Of a stretch of 64,000 nucleotides of DNA, positions 29,899 through 39,826 are shown one piece after another. Made by a program: the position numbers and the translations under genes. The notes under the pieces were generated by a model that had not been told where the DNA came from, did not search any database, and saw nothing but the letters and a program-made list of their open reading frames with translations. Within the stretch, counting starts at the first letter, position 1, and every line of letters begins with the position of its first letter. The stretch covers positions 460,670 through 524,669 of the forward strand of contig OY759724.1 in assembly GCA_963662715.1 (NCBI GenBank), given 5' to 3'. This stretch comes from Candidatus Omnitrophota bacterium (GTDB lineage Bacteria; Omnitrophota; Gorgyraeia; Zapsychrales; JANLHA01).

Positions 29899-31269
29899 TT
29901 ACGGTTCCGCATTCAGAAAAACAATTAACAGCGTGGCGAGCGGGAAAATCTGCAGAATAAGCCGGCTGGCCGTATTATGCGAGTTGACGTGAACGGATAA
30001 AACAGAAGAAAATATCGCGAACATCAGGAATATCGATATAAACATGACGAGCCCGCCCAAAAGAACCTGAAGATTAACATCTTTCAATACTTTTCGCCGA
30101 TGAACAACCAGGCTCACGCACAACAGCAGCCAGGTGAGATTCCAGTTCGCCGACAGGAACAGACTCTCCCCGAATATTTTCATGACCGGAAGAATCGTCT
30201 CCTGCGGATTGCGGAAGTTCAGCGAAGCATAAGCCATCGTTGAAATGCCCCGGGACATTTTATAAACGTAATGGAGCAGCAGGATCGCCGTGCAGGGGAA
30301 CGCGTACTGCAGAAACAGTTTGGTTTTCGCCAGGCCCGGCAGGCTTTTTTCATGAAACAGAATATACATAAACAAAAGCAGTTGAACGACTAGATACGGA
30401 TTCCCTTCCACTTTTGTGAAGGTCCCGAACCCGACGAACAGGGAGGAAAGAATGAGCCAGCCTCCCTCCCGGCTTTTCCTCCACATGATCATGAAAAGGA
30501 CGGCCGAACACGTGTAATAAAGCAAGATGATATCCCGGTATTCCATCACCGCATGAAATAAAAGCAAGTTAGACGACAGAAGAAGAAAAATCCCATACAG
30601 CGCCCATTTCCTATTTATCAACTTATACAGGCAGTGACTGTAAATCAGCACAAAAGTCACAAAGTACAGCGGAAAAAAAATCTTGGTCAACTGGTCTTCC
30701 CAGAAACCGAAGTTACAGGAACTCCAGATAAAAAGGAAGGGCATCAGTAAAGGATAAACCGGGTACGGCACATGGGGCAAATTCTTCAGAGAGCCGTCGT
30801 AATAAAACAATTTTGCGTTATGCAGACTCGTTGAAAAAGAATCCCAGCCATATATGGGTAATTCAACGGCCCGGTTAAAAATAAAGAGCACATAATAGAT
30901 GCTTATGCTGAGAATCAAAGCGTGAACCAGTTTTTCCTTGCCCGTATACTCTTCCGAGAAAAAGCTGCCGCCCCACAGAGAATCCCCGTCCGCAAGAAGA
31001 CGGGACTTCCCCCCTTTATACTTCCTCATGCCGGCTATAAAGCATAAAACAATAAGAACGAGCTGGAAGAGGATAATCGCCTGCGGCCGGAATCCGATGC
31101 CGAGGATATCTAACAGGAGCATACCTTGCGAGAGGACGCCCAGCCCTAAGCCGTAAGACACGCTCATAACGACAAGCCAGGGCAACCGTATCGGCAGCAA
31201 ATTCAGGACGCCGAAACCGAGGATTAAGGGAAGAAGTATCGTGAGGACTAATGGAAAAACATGGGACAT
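29899..31269 (-). CDS. polytopic integral membrane protein (≥10 TM; possibly a GT-C-like or polymerase/ligase-like glycosyl-processing protein)
   Basis: Continuous hydrophobic helices, no soluble domain; lies within the GT2/GT-C cluster. Confidence 0.45.
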   Translation of the reverse strand: MSHVFPLVLTILLPLILGFGVLNLLPIRLPWLVVMSVSYGLGLGVLSQGMLLLDILGIGFRPQAIILFQLVLIVLCFIAGMRKYKGGKSRLLADGDSLWGGSFFSEEYTGKEKLVHALILSISIYYVLFIFNRAVELPIYGWDSFSTSLHNAKLFYYDGSLKNLPHVPYPVYPLLMPFLFIWSSCNFGFWEDQLTKIFFPLYFVTFVLIYSHCLYKLINRKWALYGIFLLLSSNLLLFHAVMEYRDIILLYYTCSAVLFMIMWRKSREGGWLILSSLFVGFGTFTKVEGNPYLVVQLLLFMYILFHEKSLPGLAKTKLFLQYAFPCTAILLLHYVYKMSRGISTMAYASLNFRNPQETILPVMKIFGESLFLSANWNLTWLLLCVSLVVHRRKVLKDVNLQVLLGGLVMFISIFLMFAIFSSVLSVHVNSHNTASRLILQIFPLATLLIVFLNAEP

Positions 31270-31270
31270 A

Positions 31271-31873
31271 TCAAGGGTTCTTTCTGACCGCTAACAGATT
31301 GTTCTCATTGACTTCATAAGCCACCACATAATTCTCCGGGACCGCATCACGGGCGTTTTCCTTGTTGAAATAGACGATGCATTCCGGAGGCGTCTGCTCA
31401 TGCGCCCGCAAGTTCACCTTGGGCAATAAGGCGTAGGCGATGATACGCAATGCGGTGGAGCCGGGATCCACGGAAGTATCCAGATCCGAGACTAAAACGC
31501 CCCGGCACGTCCCGGGGAAATTCCGCAACAATTCCCGGGAAAAATTATACGGCCCGCCGAAAAACAAAGATCTCTTTTCATGAGCGCTCAGGGAACGGAT
31601 CTTGGCATGCTGCATCTGAAAATACAGCATATGCCCCAGCGTCTGCAATACAGTTATGATGACGAAAAATGCCGTAACGAGACCGAGGGCTGATTTCTTC
31701 GGGTCAAACGGACCGGCGGCCAGCCCCCGGCCCCGTCTCAGCCCGCAAAAACAACACCCCAGCAAAAACAGCACGCCGATCATGATATAAATTTGAGAAT
31801 ACATCACCGCACTCTCACCGCGGAATCCGTTGAGAAACGGCTGGGGGTACAAACCTTTTAAAATATCCGACAT
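31271..31873 (-). CDS. membrane protein, function unknown
   Basis: Two N-terminal TM helices then a soluble domain; 1-nt gap to the upstream membrane protein gene. Confidence 0.4.
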   Translation of the reverse strand: MSDILKGLYPQPFLNGFRGESAVMYSQIYIMIGVLFLLGCCFCGLRRGRGLAAGPFDPKKSALGLVTAFFVIITVLQTLGHMLYFQMQHAKIRSLSAHEKRSLFFGGPYNFSRELLRNFPGTCRGVLVSDLDTSVDPGSTALRIIAYALLPKVNLRAHEQTPPECIVYFNKENARDAVPENYVVAYEVNENNLLAVRKNP

Positions 31874-31989
31874 ATTATGCCCTCACAAACACTATCCCCT
31901 CGTCAACTTACGGCCGTATCCCTTCCGGGCAGCAACAAGCACAGCCGCTCTTCGGGGACTCCCCCCGAAGATAGAGACAATATCGCCGG

Positions 31990-33435
31990 TTAAAAATAAC
32001 ACATATTGTTTATAAAACTCACATTGATATTAATGAGAACCGTTTTGAGCAGGCTTACGATTAACAACCCCGTCCATAAAATATACGATAATTTCTTCAG
32101 GACATCCTGTGGCATGAACATGATTTTTTGAAAAACAAAAGCCCACGTATGCGCGCCCAATATCATTAAGAAAGGAATCGCCATCAGAATATACCGGGAC
32201 TGGTAATTCCCGTAAAGTGAATAAAAAATAAAATAGACGATGACATTCATTTTCATCCAGCCAAGAAAGCGTGCGTCTTCCGGGGTTTTCATAAAAAAAG
32301 CCGCGTAAGCCACAACGGATAACAGCGAAAACTCCACAAGTTTCCGCAAATAAAACAAACAGCCGTATTCCTGGATAAAATCCGCATGGAACCATGTTGT
32401 CTGGGGGAAGTGAGAGAAAGAGCCCCCCCTCATCAAGGGTTCCAACAAAAAATACGCGAGAAACAGGATGACGGACGGACGGATGATACGGATATGGTCG
32501 GCCTTAAACTGAAAGCCCGGTTCCGCCCCGGCCTTTTTCCGTTTAGCCGCAAGGATAACAGCACCAAAGAAACAGGCTAAAAGAACCAGAATAAATATCC
32601 GGCTTTTCACAGAAACAGAAAAGCCGTGTTCTCCGAGGAATTGATAAATATAATTCCCCCCGTAGACATGGAAATTCCAGAAAATCCACGGGACGGCCAT
32701 CAGTATCGGCAAAAAAAGGCTTATGAGGAACAAAGGTTGTTTGAGCGTTCTTCTGTCATAGAAATATACCGACAGCAGGACAGAAATACTTGTTAAGAAA
32801 CCGGGATATTTTGTGAGTCCGGCCAACCCCACAGAGCAGCCCCCCCACAAAAACAGCGCAGGATTATGGGTCTGAACTCCTTTGATATAGAAATAAACGG
32901 CCAAAAGGACAAAAAACGTCAACGTCGTGGACAACCATATCTTTTGGGAACAAATAATGCTGACGGGATCGCTGGCAGCAAGCAACGCAGCCAACAAACT
33001 GACTTTACGGCTGCAGCAGGACCGGCTCAAGAGATAGACACAGGGAATGGTCAGGCAGCCGAAAACAAGTGAAACGAATATAACGGCAAACGGTTTAGTC
33101 CCGAAGATCTTCAAGGATAAAGCGACAAGATAAGAATATACCGGAGGATGCTTAAAAAGCGGTCTGAACATATACGGCGGGAGTCCTTCGGGAGAAGAAT
33201 GGTGTTCAACAAATCCCTGTGTGTTATAGGCCAACGGATCTTTTTTCAGCTGGCGGGCGATACAAAAATACACATTTTCGTCAGTCGTCACCCGCTTTTC
33301 TCTTGTGCTGATGCTGAAGGCCGCAAATCTTGTCCCGAAAGAGAAAACCGTAATAACGGATAATAACACAAAAACCAGAACAGACCGGCTCTTTTCCGAT
33401 GCGGGTACCCGTTTAATGAGATTCAGTGTATGCAA
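31990..33435 (-). CDS. GT-C-fold glycosyltransferase of the ArnT/PMT (GT39/GT83) type
   Basis: N-terminal TM + first-loop motif (…FGTRFAAFSISTREKRVTTDENVYFCIARQL…FKHPPVYSYLV…), then >10 TM helices; 481 aa. Confidence 0.6.
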   Translation of the reverse strand: MHTLNLIKRVPASEKSRSVLVFVLLSVITVFSFGTRFAAFSISTREKRVTTDENVYFCIARQLKKDPLAYNTQGFVEHHSSPEGLPPYMFRPLFKHPPVYSYLVALSLKIFGTKPFAVIFVSLVFGCLTIPCVYLLSRSCCSRKVSLLAALLAASDPVSIICSQKIWLSTTLTFFVLLAVYFYIKGVQTHNPALFLWGGCSVGLAGLTKYPGFLTSISVLLSVYFYDRRTLKQPLFLISLFLPILMAVPWIFWNFHVYGGNYIYQFLGEHGFSVSVKSRIFILVLLACFFGAVILAAKRKKAGAEPGFQFKADHIRIIRPSVILFLAYFLLEPLMRGGSFSHFPQTTWFHADFIQEYGCLFYLRKLVEFSLLSVVAYAAFFMKTPEDARFLGWMKMNVIVYFIFYSLYGNYQSRYILMAIPFLMILGAHTWAFVFQKIMFMPQDVLKKLSYILWTGLLIVSLLKTVLININVSFINNMCYF

Positions 33436-33679
33436 GGCAATAGAATTGATTTAGACGTCTAGGGTTAAAGGATTTGTCTTATTAGTCTAATTCTTTTAGT
33501 TTTTAAAAATTATAGTATAGCCCCCTGCGTCTTACAACTATAAAATATGTCACCTGCCCCGCCTTCTCTTAACATGATCTATAATAGGTGCCTTCCGGGA
33601 AACCACCCGTTATCGCTTTTTTCCAAAAGTTATTATGCTATAATGCTACAAATCGATTTTTCAAACATCCGGATAACAC

Positions 33680-34456
33680 ATGAATCTTACTAAAGAACTA
33701 GAAATATCCCAAACAGCCGCACAGCGGGCCGCGGAAGCCATTTTAGACATATATCACGGCCGGGCATTTCAAGTCGAGATGAAAGACAATAAAAGCCCGC
33801 TGACTTCAGCCGACAAGAAAGCCAATGACATTATTGTTAAAACCCTCTCCGAAACCTTCCCGGACTATGCGCTGCTGTCTGAGGAATCCCAAGACGACCG
33901 CCGCCGGTTAGCCAATAAATGGTGTTGGATTGTCGACCCTCTGGACGGCACGAAGGAATTCATAAAAAGAAACGGGGAGTTCACGGTCAATATCGCGCTT
34001 TCCTATGAAAACAGGGCCGTGCTCGGGGTGATCTATGTCCCGGTGACGCACGAAATGTATTATGCGGTGAAAGGTCAAGGGGCCTATCATGTGAAAAACC
34101 ATCATGCTTGTAGGATTTATGTTTCCGAGCGGAAGAAAGACATACGGCTTGTCATGAGCCGGTCACATGCCTCGGAACAGCTGCAGCGTGTTATCGATAA
34201 AAACGCGATCACCGATATCAAAAAATCCGGCAGCTCTTTAAAGGGGTGCCTGGTGGCCCAGGGCGCAGCAGAGATTTATTACCGCTTCAACCCCACGATG
34301 GAATGGGATACGGCGGCGATGCAGTGCATTGCAGAAGAAGCCGGAGGGATTTTCCGGCAATTGGATGACTCCGAAATGTTGTATAACAGGGAAAACAGCT
34401 TAAACAGCCGGGGATTCTATGTCCTTAACTGTGCGGACAACAAACTGGAACTCTGA
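33680..34456 (+). CDS. cysQ: 3'(2'),5'-bisphosphate nucleotidase CysQ (inositol monophosphatase family)
   Basis: WIVDPLDGTKEF metal-binding motif; …SEES… upstream acidic motif; 258 aa. Confidence 0.8.
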   Translation: MNLTKELEISQTAAQRAAEAILDIYHGRAFQVEMKDNKSPLTSADKKANDIIVKTLSETFPDYALLSEESQDDRRRLANKWCWIVDPLDGTKEFIKRNGEFTVNIALSYENRAVLGVIYVPVTHEMYYAVKGQGAYHVKNHHACRIYVSERKKDIRLVMSRSHASEQLQRVIDKNAITDIKKSGSSLKGCLVAQGAAEIYYRFNPTMEWDTAAMQCIAEEAGGIFRQLDDSEMLYNRENSLNSRGFYVLNCADNKLEL

Positions 34457-34596
34457 ATCTAAGAAATAACATTCCAACCTTTTACTGGGCCCACCTATAG
34501 TACCACTACTATAAACGACAATACATTAGTTAAGATTATTTGCCTTAAGATATCGCGGAAGGTCTCATGAAATGGGTCAAAGAGGATTCTTTTCCG

Positions 34597-36399
34597 TTAA
34601 GAAGATAAATTGGTATGAATCAATTCTAATATTTTCTCAACCACTTGCTCTCGCGGACTGTGTTCTGCAACATGCAAATCAGCCATCCCGGATGAGGAAT
34701 CCTCATCCCCCACCCAGACCGTTTTGATCTGGTCGTCATCAATCGAGGTATGAATGATCTCCAGGTCAGACTTTTGCAGCTCTATCGCCGTTATAATCAG
34801 TATTGTCCCCATATTCAACATGATGTTGGCGACCTCCGCAAGCCGGCGGAAATGTTCCGGGTGAGTGTCGGGATCATTCGTTAAATCAGCATCCAGACCG
34901 TGAATGACGTTACCGATCCCCAAGAAGTAAACCAGCTTTCCCTGCATAAAGAGCCTTTCCTCCAAGGCCCGGGCTATTTCTTTGCGAGGGGCATCCCGCC
35001 GTCCGGTTATTAAAATCAAAGCGGCTTTCTGCCCATATCTTTCAAAACGCTGCTCCCGGGAAATATTGCTCATAATCCACCGGTAATTGCGTTCGATGAC
35101 CATTTGCCTGACCTGGGATTGGGCGTCCTCGAGCGCCTCATAAATAATCCCGCCGCCGGATATGTTGTTTTGGTCAACAATAACGAATCTGCTGGTCGGG
35201 CTTATTCTGTCAGCCAGATCAAAGGCGATGGCCCGCGGCATTTTCAAAATGCACTTTGCCACCTCGTGGCGGGCAATCTTCTGGGCCGTATCAGTGCTGT
35301 CCAGGTTGGACGCGTTGAGGACTTGTTCTATTTTTTCAATCTCTACCGGGACTTTCATAGTCCCGAGTTTGAGATGATATGTTTTACCCAGCTCCATGGG
35401 AGCCCGTCCCATCCAGAATAAATTAACCTTAATTCTGGAGGTGACCTCCGGGGGATGGCCATGAAAAGCGGTTAACATTTCTCCTCTTTTAACATAAATC
35501 TGCTCGGTTAACGTCAGTCCAACAGCATAACCGGCCCCGATCCCCGGCACAGCAGGCTGGTTAAACATTTCAATGGATTTGACATAGCTCTTCTTGCCGG
35601 AGGGATAAAAAACAACTTCATCCCCCACGTTGACGGTTCCGGTACTGATCGTTCCGCTGATGATACGGCGGTCATCCTGGAACTTCGTGAATTTATAAAT
35701 ATCCTGGACCGGCATCCGCAACGGCAAATTTTCATCAATATCCTTTTTATGAAATTCATCTAATATTTCAAAGACGGTTTTCCCGAAGTACCAGCTTAAA
35801 TTCTCCTGCCGTTCGGAAATCATATCTCCCTCCCGTCCGCTGACGGGGATAAAACATGTCGCCTGAATTCCAATCTTTTCCAAAAATTCCTGATACTGTT
35901 GACTGATTTGTCTGAAAACATCCTCCTCATAGGAAACGAGGTCCATCTTGTTCACGAGGACAGCGACCTGTTTTATTCCCAGCATAGACAGCATGTAGCC
36001 GTGTCGGCAGGAATTCTCCTGAACCCCCTCCTTGGCGTCGATCACTAAAAGGGCCGCTTCGGCCCGCGCAGCCCCGGTGACCATATTCTTCAAGAACTCG
36101 ATATGTCCCGGAGCATCAATAATGATGTAGTGGCGTTTGGACGTCTTAAAAAAAACCCTGGCAGAATCTATGGTAATGCCCTGGGCTTGTTCATCCTTTA
36201 AAGCGTCTAACAGAAAAGCATACTCGAAGGGTTTGGAATTATTTTCACATTGCTGACGGACCTGCTCAAGCTTCCCCTGGGGCAGAGAGCCGGTATCTGC
36301 CAGCAGGCGGCCCACGATAGTGCTTTTGCCGTGGTCAACGTGTCCCACAATAACGATATTCATGAATTGAGATGTCATAATATTAAAGAGTTGCCGCAA
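34597..36399 (-). CDS. cysN: sulfate adenylyltransferase GTPase subunit CysN fused to a degenerate APS-kinase-like C-terminal domain
   Basis: G1 [16 protein letters not shown]3 DAPGH, G4 NKMD. The C-terminal ~170 aa align to the APS kinase fold (…[11 protein letters not shown]…) but the P-loop is replaced by [11 protein letters not shown]. Confidence 0.85.
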   Translation of the reverse strand: MRQLFNIMTSQFMNIVIVGHVDHGKSTIVGRLLADTGSLPQGKLEQVRQQCENNSKPFEYAFLLDALKDEQAQGITIDSARVFFKTSKRHYIIIDAPGHIEFLKNMVTGAARAEAALLVIDAKEGVQENSCRHGYMLSMLGIKQVAVLVNKMDLVSYEEDVFRQISQQYQEFLEKIGIQATCFIPVSGREGDMISERQENLSWYFGKTVFEILDEFHKKDIDENLPLRMPVQDIYKFTKFQDDRRIISGTISTGTVNVGDEVVFYPSGKKSYVKSIEMFNQPAVPGIGAGYAVGLTLTEQIYVKRGEMLTAFHGHPPEVTSRIKVNLFWMGRAPMELGKTYHLKLGTMKVPVEIEKIEQVLNASNLDSTDTAQKIARHEVAKCILKMPRAIAFDLADRISPTSRFVIVDQNNISGGGIIYEALEDAQSQVRQMVIERNYRWIMSNISREQRFERYGQKAALILITGRRDAPRKEIARALEERLFMQGKLVYFLGIGNVIHGLDADLTNDPDTHPEHFRRLAEVANIMLNMGTILIITAIELQKSDLEIIHTSIDDDQIKTVWVGDEDSSSGMADLHVAEHSPREQVVEKILELIHTNLSS

Positions 36400-36460
36400 C
36401 TATATATTGATTAACCGAAACAATGTCCTGAACAAAACTCGAAAGCCGGCCGGTTCCGCC

Positions 36461-37342
36461 TTACATATAACCTTCTCTTCTCAAGGTTTCCAGCCCCCCG
36501 CCGTCATCTTTATCCTGCGCCCGGCCGGAACGCTCAGCGATATTGGAAAATTTACCGGTCCTTAATTCTTCGATGATATCATCGACGTTCTTAGCGGTAG
36601 ATTCCACCGGGAGAGTACAGGGATAACAGCCGAGAGACCGGTAGCGCGTTCCCTTTCCCTGATCATAATACAGAGAAACGGTCGGAATCCCTTCTTTTTT
36701 GATATATTCCCAGATATTCAACTCCGTCCAATCCAGCAAAGGATGAATCCTTAAATGTGTGCCTTCAGAAAAATCTGTATTAAACTGATCCCAAAATTCC
36801 GGCGGCTGATCGCCAATATCCCAAAGGCTCTCTTTGTCCCTGGGGGAAAAATACCGCTCTTTGGATCTTGAGCCCTCTTCATCGGAGCGAATGCCGACGA
36901 TGACCCCGGTGAAGGACTCGGTGCCTGTATATTCCTCATAAAGATCCTTGTCATGATTGAAACGGAAACGCGGCCCTGTTCCCTCCAGCGTACTCTTAAG
37001 GGCGTCGGTTTTAAGAAGCCGGCAGCAGCGCAGACGGTCCACTTGTCCGTCCGGAAAAGTTTGTTTTTCTGCCAGAGCCGCCTGATTCTGGCCGTAAAAC
37101 ATATTCAAATGCCATTCCCGGGTGAGCCGGTCACGATATTCGATCATTTCCGGGATCTTATACGCTGTGTCGATATGCACCAGGGGGATCGGGACGTGCC
37201 CGAAAAACGCCTTGCGGGCAAGCCACAACAGCACAGTACTGTCCTTGCCAATGGACCAGAGCATGCAAAGATTTTTAAAATTCGCATAGGCTTCTCTCAA
37301 GATATAAATACTTTTATTTTCGAGTTCTGTTAAATGGTCCAC
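36461..37342 (-). CDS. cysD: sulfate adenylyltransferase subunit 2 CysD (PAPS-reductase-like ATP-PPase fold)
   Basis: PP-loop [12 protein letters not shown]; 293 aa; immediately upstream of cysN. Confidence 0.85.
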   Translation of the reverse strand: MDHLTELENKSIYILREAYANFKNLCMLWSIGKDSTVLLWLARKAFFGHVPIPLVHIDTAYKIPEMIEYRDRLTREWHLNMFYGQNQAALAEKQTFPDGQVDRLRCCRLLKTDALKSTLEGTGPRFRFNHDKDLYEEYTGTESFTGVIVGIRSDEEGSRSKERYFSPRDKESLWDIGDQPPEFWDQFNTDFSEGTHLRIHPLLDWTELNIWEYIKKEGIPTVSLYYDQGKGTRYRSLGCYPCTLPVESTAKNVDDIIEELRTGKFSNIAERSGRAQDKDDGGGLETLRREGYM

Positions 37343-37370
37343 ATCCGGTGCCCTCGTTAAAAATACACGC

Positions 37371-38096
37371 CTATATATTCAAATAGCGGTCTATTTGTTT
37401 TTTAAGGCAAGAAAATGTTTCTTCTACCGTCTGCCCCTCGGTCTTGATAACAATTTCAGGGTTCTGCGGTCTTTCATAAGGATCATCGATACCCGTAAAA
37501 TATTTGATTTCTCCGGCCCGAGCCTTTTTATATAATCCTTTAACATCACGCTGTTCACATATCTCAATCGGCGTGTCGACATGAATCTCCACAAAATTTT
37601 GACACAAATCGCGGACAAAATTGCGGGCATCCTGATAAGGCGAAACAAAGGAAGACACAACAATAACTCCGTTACGTTCAAGCATAGAAGCAAGAAATCC
37701 GACCCTCTTGATGTGATTATCCCGTTCTTCTTTTGTAAAACCGGTCTTAGGGAAGACCGAACGGACGACATCCCCGTCTAAACGCTCCACCCGCAATCCC
37801 TTTTCGGCGATATAATCGTAGGCCCGGCTGGCCAGCGCGCTTTTCCCGGACCCGGATAATCCCGTAAACCAGAGAACAAAAGGTTTGACGCTTTTTTTGC
37901 CGAAAGAGATTTTATTCCAGACACGTTCATGAAAGAAATATAAAATCATCTTTGCAATAATTTCAATGCCTCCCACAGACACGGCCAGGAAAAATCTTTT
38001 CGTAAAAAAATAAACAATGGTGCACGTCGTAATCGTTGCCCAAATACGCCAGGAAATGGTCTTTAATATCGACCGGCTTCTTTTTTCAATATACAT
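37371..38096 (-). CDS. cysC: adenylyl-sulfate (APS) kinase CysC with an N-terminal ~70-aa two-TM (DUF2061-like) extension
   Basis: Intact P-loop [13 protein letters not shown] and LDGDVVR motifs. The N-terminus ([31 protein letters not shown]…[17 protein letters not shown]) is hydrophobic. Confidence 0.8.
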   Translation of the reverse strand: MYIEKRSRSILKTISWRIWATITTCTIVYFFTKRFFLAVSVGGIEIIAKMILYFFHERVWNKISFGKKSVKPFVLWFTGLSGSGKSALASRAYDYIAEKGLRVERLDGDVVRSVFPKTGFTKEERDNHIKRVGFLASMLERNGVIVVSSFVSPYQDARNFVRDLCQNFVEIHVDTPIEICEQRDVKGLYKKARAGEIKYFTGIDDPYERPQNPEIVIKTEGQTVEETFSCLKKQIDRYLNI

Positions 38097-38512
38097 CTCT
38101 AGAATTCAACGTTTTAAGATTAATCCAAATATCTTCCATGGGAAACCGATTCTGCGAAATCATCCGGTATCAGTTCGTTAATAGTAATATTATTATTTAT
38201 ATATTATATGATAAATGCTCGGATTCTTAAGCCTTTTATTTATTATTACAGGAACTCCTAAAATGTCCCGGCTTGTCCAAGAAGCCATATTCTTGGCCGT
38301 ACGAAAAGTACGCCGGGTTAGCCTGTATTGAATTTTGATATTATAATAAAGAGGGGACGGGTGTCAAGCCCAAATAGGGGTCTCCGGGCTGCGCTCTCCT
38401 CTCCCTGGAATATCTTTCCGGGCCGCCCCAACGACAGGGTTTCCCCCGGCAGAATCTGCCTTTCGGGCCCTTTGACGATCTTCTTAAAGAGAGGATATTA
38501 TCCAAACATTCT

Positions 38513-39145
38513 TCAATGAAAATCGTTACGATTCCGATACTCCTGTTGTCTGACAAATAATATCGGAAACACAATATCGCTTAAGCAGCAGGGAATCCAC
38601 ACGGCCAGGAAAAGAAATATAAATATCCCGAAATAAGACGCGGGATGCGTATGATCAGCGGCCATGAGCATGTGAAAAAGCGAAGCCCAAGTGCTGATAA
38701 GCACGTGCCCGGCGTGAGGATATTTCGTTACAGGCCGGAAATACGCTAAAAGGATCCCCGCAAAAGCGGCGGAACTGATCAGCCAGCTCTTTTCCAATAC
38801 CCCGATATGGGCATGCCGGTGCGGCATATCCAATAATATTTCCCCCCAGAAAGGGATAATGGAGTCGCTCAGCGTGCCGATGCCGACAGAGCCAATATAT
38901 CCCACGGCTAAAACCTTCCAGATACGAAAGCCGCGTCTTTTCTCACGCGGTTTGTAGCGGCAAAAAAGCGCTGTCGTCACAACCGCACTTAAAAAAACGT
39001 GCAGGGGATGAAAGATATAAAATAAGCGATGAGAAATTTCATGCGGCATCCCTCGAAACATCATCATCAGAATAATCCCGGTCAATGCCCCGAACAAGGT
39101 AAAGGGATAGTGCTCCTTTAATTCATTGAGAATTCTTCTTAACAT
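38513..39145 (-). CDS. His-rich polytopic membrane protein (possibly a YdjM/DUF457-like metal-dependent membrane hydrolase)
   Basis: Several conserved-looking His in TM regions (HRLFYIFHPLH, HRHAHIG, AADHTHP); adjacent to the Fur-family regulator. Confidence 0.35.
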   Translation of the reverse strand: MLRRILNELKEHYPFTLFGALTGIILMMMFRGMPHEISHRLFYIFHPLHVFLSAVVTTALFCRYKPREKRRGFRIWKVLAVGYIGSVGIGTLSDSIIPFWGEILLDMPHRHAHIGVLEKSWLISSAAFAGILLAYFRPVTKYPHAGHVLISTWASLFHMLMAADHTHPASYFGIFIFLFLAVWIPCCLSDIVFPILFVRQQEYRNRNDFH

Positions 39146-39305
39146 AATAGCCTTTCCTCCTTTTTATGATCCTCTGCCACAAAGCATATATAAATCGACA
39201 GACCTTCATCCCGATGACACCCCAGAATAGTCCGCATAATCCTGTATTCCCGCAGTATTGGCACATAACAAATGGAAATTATTTCTGTTTGATGTTTAAA
39301 AATTT

Positions 39306-39722
39306 TTAAACTTTCTGACAGCTGTCGCAAATCCCGTCTAACTGCAGAAAATGGTCAACAATCCTGAAGCCATTGACACTTCTCTTGCGAAAAAGATCGC
39401 ATCCCGCAATCTCTCCGACTTTGCCGCACCGGATACAGACAATATGATGATGGTGGACCCCGCCTTCAGCATGGCACAGGCCGTAATAACGGTTATTGTC
39501 AAACTTATGTATGCGGGTCAAAATCCCATACTCTGTTAAAGACTCAAGATTCCGGTAAACGCCCGGCAGGCCGCACTGCCGAAATTTCCGGCGGAGTTTT
39601 TCATATACTTTCTCCGGAGTCAAAAACTTATTGTTTTTATAAAAGATTTCGATAATAGCGATTCTTTTGGGAGTGCTTTTTAAAGGACAACTTTGAAGTT
39701 TTTCAAGATATCTGTCCAGCAT
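39306..39722 (-). CDS. Fur-family metalloregulator (Fur/Zur/PerR type)
   Basis: Winged-helix N-domain; HHHH + CxxC (HHHHIVCIRCGK) and C-terminal CDSC metal sites. Confidence 0.75.
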   Translation of the reverse strand: MLDRYLEKLQSCPLKSTPKRIAIIEIFYKNNKFLTPEKVYEKLRRKFRQCGLPGVYRNLESLTEYGILTRIHKFDNNRYYGLCHAEGGVHHHHIVCIRCGKVGEIAGCDLFRKRSVNGFRIVDHFLQLDGICDSCQKV

Positions 39723-39826
39723 AGGACGGCCATCCGAATAGAATTTTTTTTTATTTATTATAAACCGAATCGGAGACCTGTCAAGCCTTCCTCCGCAAAG
39801 GCTATCGAAGCGATCTTTCCCCTTTT

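Noticed and set aside
34597-36399. Possibility that cysN-cysC here is a fully bifunctional NodQ/CysNC enzyme.
   Set aside because: The kinase-domain P-loop glycines are replaced ([11 protein letters not shown]), and a separate intact cysC lies two genes downstream. The fused domain is therefore more likely regulatory or inactive. This needs alignment to confirm.
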